Below the pieces are notes generated by a model. The model saw only the letters and a list, made by a program, of their open reading frames with translations. It was not told the origin of the DNA and did not search any database. A stretch of 15,704 nucleotides of DNA, from assembly GCA_046757525.1 (NCBI GenBank), contig JBHHYI010000095.1, positions 1 through 15,704 on the forward strand, given 5' to 3'. The stretch's first letter is position 1. Every line of letters starts with the position of its first letter. Made by a program: the position numbers and the translations under genes. Source of the DNA: a bacterium. GTDB lineage: Bacteria; Zhuqueibacterota; Zhuqueibacteria; Oceanimicrobiales; Oceanimicrobiaceae. This document shows, piece by piece, positions 8,274 to 14,430 of the stretch.

Positions 8274-8434
8274 TGTTACTTTTCCTGGTAGCACAATTGA
8301 GGTCTGGAATTCTATTGTTGGCGGGAGCTAAGTTACCTTCGAAGGACCAGATCCTGAGCAACTTCGCGCTGGTAGGATTCTGGAAAACCGCAAATTGCTC
8401 TTGCTACGGTAGGTTGATTGAAGTGCGTCGCACC

Positions 8435-8629
8435 TCAATGAAGGTCGTTGGCTTCTTCTAACGATTTGAACTTGAATATGCCGCGTCGACACTTCTCGCG
8501 TGGTCTCAATTCATGGATAAACTCAGCCAAGTCCCACAAAACCGACAAGCTATCGAGTGACTCATCCGGTTCGACTTTCCAGAGGGCCTGGCTGGCTTCT
8601 GCAAAACTATTAAATTTATAAACAGGCAT
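8435..8629 (-). CDS. Small hypothetical protein, probable partner of the nucleotidyltransferase
   Basis: Starts 2 nt after the NTase stop. 64 aa with an internal repeat, PVYKFNSFAEA / GIFKFKSLEEA. Confidence 0.7.
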   Translation of the reverse strand: MPVYKFNSFAEASQALWKVEPDESLDSLSVLWDLAEFIHELRPREKCRRGIFKFKSLEEANDLH

Positions 8630-8631
8630 GG

Positions 8632-9099
8632 TTATTTCCTTTTGCGTTTCTCCAGGAGTCGTTTCAAATCCAAGGCATCAGCCTTATCCTGTAACCGGAT
8701 TGTACTTTCCTTCAATTTAATCATGGTTTCGATCGTGGCTATTCTAATGTCGATTCCTTCACGTCTTATCACTTCATACTCCAAATCATCAAAGGTAAAC
8801 GCTTCACCTATTCCGCTCAATATATCAATATAATAATCATCTGGAGTTCCATACCGCACTACTGGGCAGGTTTCATGTTCATCAATTTCCTCGATCGCCG
8901 AATCGTTAAAGACCGAATGCAAAGCCTGTTTAAGTTTCCTTATGTTTGCAGGTTCATTTCTAATAAAGATGTCGAGGTCTTTTGTAAAGCGTTCGACTCC
9001 TTGGAGCGCCACCGCAAAACCACCAATTAAGACATACTCAACCTCATACTCATGCAGGGCTTTTAGCACTTTCTTGAAGCTTTCAAGGGTTTTGTTCAT
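8632..9099 (-). CDS. Minimal Pol-beta-superfamily nucleotidyltransferase (AbiEii/DUF6036-like)
   Basis: Motif LIGGFAV...R.TKDLD, third acidic residue in IDIL, C-terminal K....R.QDKAD helix. Start is ATG 9099 or 9105. Lower GC than neighbouring genes by eye. Confidence 0.8.
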   Translation of the reverse strand: MNKTLESFKKVLKALHEYEVEYVLIGGFAVALQGVERFTKDLDIFIRNEPANIRKLKQALHSVFNDSAIEEIDEHETCPVVRYGTPDDYYIDILSGIGEAFTFDDLEYEVIRREGIDIRIATIETMIKLKESTIRLQDKADALDLKRLLEKRKRK

Positions 9100-9106
9100 A
9101 TCCATA

Positions 9107-9134
9107 AATATATTCTTTTTTGTCGATTAGTCAA
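9107..9134 (-). promoter_or_regulatory. Putative sigma70 promoter for the NTase module (leaderless geometry)
   Basis: Minus strand TTGACT (9134-9129), 16-nt spacer, TATATT (9112-9107). Predicted +1 at about 9100-9099, the ATG. No Shine-Dalgarno seen. Confidence 0.55.
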
Positions 9135-9228
9135 GTATTTAGTGAGAAGAGCGCCAACACTATTGCGAGGAATCCGTAGCTGCTGTTCAATGTTCTGGAT
9201 CGTGCTACCCTGCGGATAGCTTTGTCCA

Positions 9229-9271
9229 AACAAACGAAGAAACCGACTTTCTGGGAGAAAGCCGGCTTCTC
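9229..9271. repeat. Palindromic direct repeat, copy 2
   Basis: AACAAACGAAGAAACCGACTTTCTGGGAGAAAGCCGGCTTCTC, with two T>C differences from copy 1. Confidence 0.9.
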
Positions 9272-9278
9272 GCCCGCT

Positions 9279-9602
9279 GTAGGCCGGATCATTTATTCGG
9301 ATCCCGCCGACAACGGTTACATGCGCGGCGACATCTACCCGGACGGCCCCTCGCGTCCGTGGGAGGCCATTCAAAGAGGCAGCCTGCTATACATTTTTGA
9401 CTATCCCGGAGATCCGCTCACGCCAGGCGTGGCAGCGACAAAAAACGCCTGGCGGCTCAAACCTGAAGAGGCCAACAGCCTGACCCACCTTCCCACGACT
9501 CCTGTTTCGTACGGCGAGGCCCGGCAAGAGCTCGAAGTACTGACAGAGGTGCTGGATAAGGCTGTCCGAACCACGGAGCAAGCGCTGCAGTTGCTGAAAT
9601 AG
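9279..9602 (+). pseudogene. Remnant of M28 glutamate carboxypeptidase II / transferrin-receptor-like peptidase
   Basis: IIYSDPADNGY.RG..YPDGP.RP..AIQRGS...YPGDPLTPG...LPTTPVSYGEA is the PA-domain region of GCPII-like peptidases. No N-terminus and no catalytic domain. The track ORF start at 9222 simply reads through the repeat. 5' boundary approximate. Confidence 0.8.
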
Positions 9603-9670
9603 CCTTGCCCTGTCAAGAGAATTCACGCTCAGCGGCTCCTTGAAGAAATTGGATTCCTGTCAAAAATTTC

Positions 9671-9699
9671 TTGCTTTTCTGAATGCTATCTTTTATTTT
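9671..9699 (+). promoter_or_regulatory. Possible sigma70 promoter of the lipoprotein-TonB receptor pair
   Basis: TTGCTT (9671-9676), 17-nt spacer, TATTTT (9694-9699). The region is AT-rich, so a chance match is possible. Confidence 0.4.
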
Positions 9700-9734
9700 G
9701 CAAACAATTCGTAAAATCTTAGTCTAACATTACC

Positions 9735-10580
9735 ATGAATCCTTCACGATTACTGGCGCTGTTGGCGCCGAGTGCCATGAGCCTTGTGTGCCTATGGACT
9801 TGCAGTGTGGACCACGGCCTGAGCGTAGACGATCCCACAGAGGTGCTCAAAACTGGCATAAAAGGCACGATTGTCTTCAACTTTACCGACCGCTGGCCCG
9901 ACACCATTGCGGAGACGCGTCTGGTGGCTTTGGAAAACTTCCCGCCAGACCCTGCGGATACTTTGCTCTTCAGCGATCCCATTCAATCCGGGATCGACTC
10001 TTTAGACTACCAGTTGTCTTTAGCCCCAGCAACCTACCAGATCATCGCAGTCATTTTCCGGGAAAAAGAAAAACCCTGGGACGTTGCCAACATCCTGGCT
10101 GTCCATGCGCCGCTGGATGCCTGTACGATCATTCCTGATTTGAGCCAGGCGGTCACCGTGACATCGAATAGTCCCATTGTGGAGAATGTAGACATCGAGG
10201 TAGATTTGACGAAGGGAAGCATCAGCGGTGAGGTACAATTTGTTGGCGATTGGTCGCCGGAAATCACTTTTGCAGGCATCATCGCCTTAAGACATCCCCT
10301 GGACCTTTCAAACCTGATTCCGTGTGGCCTGGCCGTCTTGCCGGTTAAAGTAGAACGCGCCAATTACAAAGTGCTGGTACCGGAAAACAATTACACCATT
10401 CTCGTGGTCGTGGGCAAGGACCTGGCCGACGTCACCAATCTCGCCGATATTAGCATCATTGGCTTCTATCACGCCAATGACGACACAACAAACGCAGCTC
10501 CCGTTCAAGTGGCAAAAAATCAGGACATCCGGAACATTGACATCACGGCTAATCTGAGCACTTTCAATCAAAATGATTAG
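9735..10580 (+). CDS. Hypothetical exported protein/lipoprotein with two tandem beta-rich domains
   Basis: N-terminal hydrophobic stretch ending LWTC. Two similar halves: GIKGTIVF...WP...VENVDIEVDL and SISGEVQF..DW...IRNIDITANL. Ends 28 nt before the TonB receptor start. Confidence 0.75.
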   Translation: MNPSRLLALLAPSAMSLVCLWTCSVDHGLSVDDPTEVLKTGIKGTIVFNFTDRWPDTIAETRLVALENFPPDPADTLLFSDPIQSGIDSLDYQLSLAPATYQIIAVIFREKEKPWDVANILAVHAPLDACTIIPDLSQAVTVTSNSPIVENVDIEVDLTKGSISGEVQFVGDWSPEITFAGIIALRHPLDLSNLIPCGLAVLPVKVERANYKVLVPENNYTILVVVGKDLADVTNLADISIIGFYHANDDTTNAAPVQVAKNQDIRNIDITANLSTFNQND

Positions 10581-10608
10581 ATTTCAGGTTTAAGGAGTCG
10601 GTACGGTC

Positions 10609-12828
10609 ATGAATTCCAAACACACGCGTCTACGCAATTCCTATTTAAAAAGAATGTGTCTGGTTTCCCTGGTGAGCTGTGCAGCCTTGTGGCAGTTACC
10701 GGTTTTTGGGGAATCTGCGGGAACAGGCTCGATCTCGGGGACTGTGGTCGACGCCAACACCGGCAAGCCCTTGCCAGGCGTTAACATCATTCTGAAGGGC
10801 ACGGTCAAAGGGACCAGCACGAATTTGCAGGGACAATTTACTCTCAATGGTATTCGACCGGGGAGGTACTCGGTCATGGCCAGCATGATCGGCTACGAGA
10901 TAGAAACCTTTCGCAACGTGCAGGTCGCACCGGGCAACACTGTGAGACGCGATTTCCGCCTGGTGGAAACCATCATCGAGACCTCGCCGGTTATCGTCAC
11001 GGCCAGTCGCAAAAGCAAGAGTCTGGCGGAAACACCCAACAGCGTGAGTGTCATCACCGCCAGGGACCTGCAAAAGAGGAACAGCTACGATGTGAGAGAT
11101 GCCCTCAAATACGCCCCCGGCGTGAGTTTCGTCGGCGGCCAGGTCAACATTCGTGGCACCACCGGCTACAGCCGCGGCGCTGGCAGCCGGGTTTTGCTGT
11201 TGACCGACGGCGTGCCTACCATGCCGGGCGACAGCGGCGACATCAAGTGGGACACCATTCCGTTTACGGTGGTTGACAAAGTTGAAGTGGTAAAGGGGGC
11301 AGGCTCCGCGCTGTACGGCTCCTCCGCCATCGGCGGCGTGCTGAACATCATCACCAAAGAGCCTGCCCAAAAACCCGAGTTTTCGGTGCGCGTTTCTGGC
11401 GCCGTCTACGACGACCCCCTATTCGACCAGTGGAAGTGGACCGATCGCGCCCTGATTTCCAATCAACAAGATGTCTACTTCTCGAACACAGTGGGCAAGT
11501 TAGGCTTTATTTTAGCGGGAGGCAGACGGCGTTCGCGCGGTTACAAACAGAACAGCCAATTCAACCGCTGGAACCTGTTCGGCAAGAGCGACTACCAACT
11601 CGGCCCGGCAACCAATTTGACTCTGACCGGCAGCTACGCCTCTGACGATCATGGTGATACCATTCTCTGGCAAAAATATCTGGGTCAGTCCAAACAACCG
11701 TTTCGAGTGCCTGCGGAGGAATCGCACAACACCATCCTGTCTACCAAACTCTATTTGAACTCAACCTTGAACCGATTGATTAGCCAGAACTTTGCCTACA
11801 AGATCAGGGCCTCTTACTTTCGCAACCGTTTTGACGACGATTTTGTCGACAACAACGATTTCTCCAAATCGCAGAGATTTCGCGGCGAGTACCAGATGGA
11901 CCTGGAACCCAACATCAGGCATTCGGTCATATTAGGATTCGAAGGAACCTACGATTTCGTGGACGGCAGCATCTTCGGCAAGAGAAAGGCCTACATCGTT
12001 GCCAGCTATCTTCAGGACGAGTACAAATTCACCGACCGTTTCTCAACCACCGTGGGCTTTCGTTTCGATCTCAGCAAGGTCTTAGACGGGCAAACCGAAT
12101 ACCAGGTCAGTCCCCGGTTGGGCCTGGTTTACAGCTTGAGCGAGGTGACCACGCTCAGGGGCTCGGTAGGGCGCGGCTTTCGGGCGCCGGCCATCGCCGA
12201 GCTTTTCACCAACACCGCAGCCTCCGGCTTTCAGGTCATTCCCAATCCCGGGCTGGATTCCGAAAACTCCTGGTCCGCCGAGGTGGGCCTGAACACAGCC
12301 ATCAGGAACCACATTTTGCTGAACGTGTCCTTGTACCAGGAACGCTATTTTGATTTCATCAACCCAAGCCTGGACATCCAGGGTACCACTCCGATCATCA
12401 TCTTCAAGAACGTGCAGGACGCTCGCATCCGCGGCATCGAAACCAGCGTGACCACCAGTTGGCTGAACCGCCGCCTCGACACCATGGTGAGCTACGTCTT
12501 TGTGGATCCCCGCGACCTCGACACCGACAACCTCCTCACCTACCGCCCGCAGCACATTCTGACCACCTCGGTCACCTTCAAACCCGGCATCTTCGAATTT
12601 GGCGCCGATTTTAGATTCGCCAGCCGTCTCAAAGACGAGCAGTTGGAGCTGTTCCCGGACGACGACCGGGTTTCGCAGAAAGTCCTGGACGCCCGCGCCG
12701 GCCTCACCGTCGGTCCCTACACCTTCACGTTCAACGTGGAAAACCTCTTGCAGTACAACTACACCCAAATCGAGCGCACCTTAGAACCGACCCGACAGTA
12801 TTCCATCACCTGGCAAGGGGATTTTTAA
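10609..12828 (+). CDS. TonB-dependent outer-membrane receptor with N-terminal carboxypeptidase-regulatory-like domain
   Basis: Signal peptide, GSISGTVVDANTGKPLPGVNI domain, VIVTASR, plug motifs NIRG, LLLTDGVP and VEVVKGAGSALYGSSAIGGVLNIITK, GFRAP, C-terminal Phe. AAGGAG RBS. Confidence 0.95.
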   Translation: MNSKHTRLRNSYLKRMCLVSLVSCAALWQLPVFGESAGTGSISGTVVDANTGKPLPGVNIILKGTVKGTSTNLQGQFTLNGIRPGRYSVMASMIGYEIETFRNVQVAPGNTVRRDFRLVETIIETSPVIVTASRKSKSLAETPNSVSVITARDLQKRNSYDVRDALKYAPGVSFVGGQVNIRGTTGYSRGAGSRVLLLTDGVPTMPGDSGDIKWDTIPFTVVDKVEVVKGAGSALYGSSAIGGVLNIITKEPAQKPEFSVRVSGAVYDDPLFDQWKWTDRALISNQQDVYFSNTVGKLGFILAGGRRRSRGYKQNSQFNRWNLFGKSDYQLGPATNLTLTGSYASDDHGDTILWQKYLGQSKQPFRVPAEESHNTILSTKLYLNSTLNRLISQNFAYKIRASYFRNRFDDDFVDNNDFSKSQRFRGEYQMDLEPNIRHSVILGFEGTYDFVDGSIFGKRKAYIVASYLQDEYKFTDRFSTTVGFRFDLSKVLDGQTEYQVSPRLGLVYSLSEVTTLRGSVGRGFRAPAIAELFTNTAASGFQVIPNPGLDSENSWSAEVGLNTAIRNHILLNVSLYQERYFDFINPSLDIQGTTPIIIFKNVQDARIRGIETSVTTSWLNRRLDTMVSYVFVDPRDLDTDNLLTYRPQHILTTSVTFKPGIFEFGADFRFASRLKDEQLELFPDDDRVSQKVLDARAGLTVGPYTFTFNVENLLQYNYTQIERTLEPTRQYSITWQGDF

Positions 12829-12940
12829 GAAGGCAGATTTGTAAACGAATTCCAGCTAAAGTACGGCAAACGTCTCCTTTTAGCCGTATCTCAAGCGAGA
12901 CGATTGAGTCCCCGGGTGGGATTAAATTCCCGGGAAGCAA

Positions 12941-13045
12941 TGGTAGAAAATATTCTTTTCCATTCACAAAAAGCCAGAGGCCATGAATGGTTATGTTTAG
13001 AACCTCAACCACCAAAGTGCTCGTTCCAGGCTGCTGCGATGTCAT
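12941..13045 (-). pseudogene. Truncated DUF2442-type (predicted antitoxin) gene, N-terminal 35 codons only
   Basis: GTSTLVVEVLNITIHGLWLFVNGKEYFLP resembles the DUF2442 N-terminus. Similarity ends before the expected F..FPWF segment. Confidence 0.7.
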
Positions 13046-13079
13046 CTACTTCGCCTTCAATAATTTCTTGAATTTCTTT
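13005..13079 (-). pseudogene. C-terminal remnant of DUF4160-type (predicted toxin) gene
   Basis: Minus strand reads KEIQEIIEGEVDDIAAAWNEHFGG-stop (TGA 13007-13005), the W.EHF ending of DUF4160 proteins. It overlaps the DUF2442 start. There is an in-frame TAA shortly upstream and no start codon. Confidence 0.7.
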
Positions 13080-13181
13080 CCAACTCTCAGGTGCGCATTT
13101 GCATTAATGTCAAAAATAATTGCTAACTTGTCAAGGGCAATTTTGACACAACCTTAACGCTTGAATTCAGATAAATTTTAC

Positions 13182-13210
13182 TTGCGCAAAACTTTGCAAA
13201 TGCTTATCAT
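13182..13210 (+). promoter_or_regulatory. Putative sigma70 promoter upstream of the nuclease
   Basis: TTGCGC (13182-13187), 17-nt spacer, TATCAT (13205-13210). Confidence 0.5.
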
Positions 13211-13256
13211 GTAGCAAGCTCCAGGCTCATTTTGTTCCAATTAAAGAAGGATTTTG

Positions 13257-13365
13257 AGGTTTGCACTTTGGCAGAGTTAATCCCGCAGGTAGATTAGCAT
13301 CAGCCCCAAATGCCCCTTTTCTCCAAGACAGGAGCATTTAGAGGGTGAGTGCCAAAGCAAAACCT
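13257..13365. other. Candidate structured RNA or ssDNA element (three-way junction)
   Basis: Closing stem 13257-13273/13350-13365, with inner stems 13276-13282/13292-13298 and 13304-13317/13330-13343. No known family recognised. Confidence 0.5.
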
Positions 13366-13396
13366 TATACCCAAACCAAATTGAGGAGGACCTGAC

Positions 13397-13750
13397 ATGG
13401 AAAATCAACTTTATTCTTATCGTGCCAGAGTCGTGAGCGTTTACGACGGCGACACTGTGCGAGCCAACATCGATTTGGGACTCAACACCTGGGTCATGAA
13501 CGAGAAGCTGCGTCTGGCCCGCATCGATGCACCCGAACTCAGAGGCGACCAACGGGAAGCCGGTTTGGCAGCCCGAGACTTTTTGCGGGAGCTGGTACTG
13601 GACAAAGAAATCATCCTGGAAACCATCAAAGACCGCAAGGGCAAATTTGGCCGCTACCTGGCAGAACTCTGGCTGAAAAATGAAGCTGGCATTTTCGTCA
13701 ATGTCAACGATTTAATGGTGCAGAAAGGCTACGCAGTGGTTTACGCGTAA
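13397..13750 (+). CDS. Thermonuclease (staphylococcal nuclease-like, SNase) family protein without signal peptide
   Basis: VYDGDT, RLARIDAPE, KFGRYLA and VNDLMVQKGYA motifs. GAGGAGG RBS at 13383-13389. Confidence 0.92.
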   Translation: MENQLYSYRARVVSVYDGDTVRANIDLGLNTWVMNEKLRLARIDAPELRGDQREAGLAARDFLRELVLDKEIILETIKDRKGKFGRYLAELWLKNEAGIFVNVNDLMVQKGYAVVYA

Positions 13751-13921
13751 GGACCGAGATGCAAAAAAAATAGGTTCTATGTTGATTGTGTTGGCAATAG
13801 ACGAATGAGTCGCCAACCTTTACCCGCAAAGTAGGCCATGGAAATCGCCACAAACGACAGGTTCAGATTCGGTACGTGAGCCGTGAATGCTGAATAATAC
13901 CGAGTACAAGAGGCGCGTTGG

Positions 13922-14164
13922 ATGGGAAACAATATTGAAAAACTAAATCGCTGGGAAGCCATGAGACTGGCGGTGAAACGGGTATTGAAGCCGCAATTCA
14001 TCCAGGAGTGGACTGGCCTCTGGAAAGAATTCGGCTTCCTGGGCCTGGTGAAGCGAAAGGGATGGAGAATCGTGACCGTGATCGTCATATTCTATCTGAT
14101 CCGAGATTCGATCCTCTATCTCCTGCTGCCTTATTTAGCTTATTTAGGATTGTTTGCGGATTAA
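13922..14164 (+). CDS. Small hypothetical membrane protein
   Basis: 80 aa. Basic amphipathic N-half, then a hydrophobic segment GWRIVTVIVIFYLIRDSILYLLLPYL interrupted by an R-D pair. AGAGG upstream. Confidence 0.7.
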   Translation: MGNNIEKLNRWEAMRLAVKRVLKPQFIQEWTGLWKEFGFLGLVKRKGWRIVTVIVIFYLIRDSILYLLLPYLAYLGLFAD

Positions 14165-14430
14165 GTGGAATTGGGGTTGGATGCTAAGTCGCATTTTCCC
14201 TCGCCCAGTCCGGGCGAAGCAGGCCGTGGCTGCTCCCGGGAATGGTTGGGGTAGGTTAAGCTTATGTCACACCGCTAATTCTGAGTAGAAACAAGGAAGT
14301 TCAAACATAAAATCGAAGCCTATTCCATATTCTTCCTTGTTAACCCAAGATATGTTTGTAAGCACCTGTTTATTTTGTAGGTAAATATTCACAGTGGCGT
14401 ACAACAAAAACAATAGCACCAGAAACTCCA

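Noticed and set aside
8225..8434. Integron attC site downstream of the small gene
   Set aside because: No matching RYYYAAC/GTTRRRY pair bounding the hairpin and no integrase in the window. A covariance model would be needed to exclude it fully.
8231..9271. Palindromic direct repeats as a CRISPR array
   Set aside because: Only two copies, 998 bp apart with genes between them, and no cas genes.
9222..9278. N-terminus of the 126-aa track ORF as a real protein start
   Set aside because: TTG start without an RBS, and it translates the DNA repeat itself.
12361..12828. Apparent GC3 rise at the 3' end of the TonB receptor, suggesting a mosaic gene
   Set aside because: Spot counts of 20 codons gave similar values in the plug region, so the shift is not distinct.
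13108..13148. Imperfect inverted repeat TGTCAAAA...TTTTGACA as an operator or IS end
   Set aside because: Short, in AT-rich sequence, with no target duplication or cognate regulator to support it.
13257..13365. Known riboswitch or ribozyme (twister, hammerhead, fluoride, c-di-GMP)
   Set aside because: Fragments such as GCAGAG and CUGAUG occur, but the full conserved cores are not present on either strand.
13750..14260. 6S RNA or SRP RNA in the spacers around the small membrane gene
   Set aside because: Partial words (UGAACC, GGGAGCAGCC on the minus strand) lack their pairing partners, the terminal closing stem and the CAGG-GGAA SRP core.
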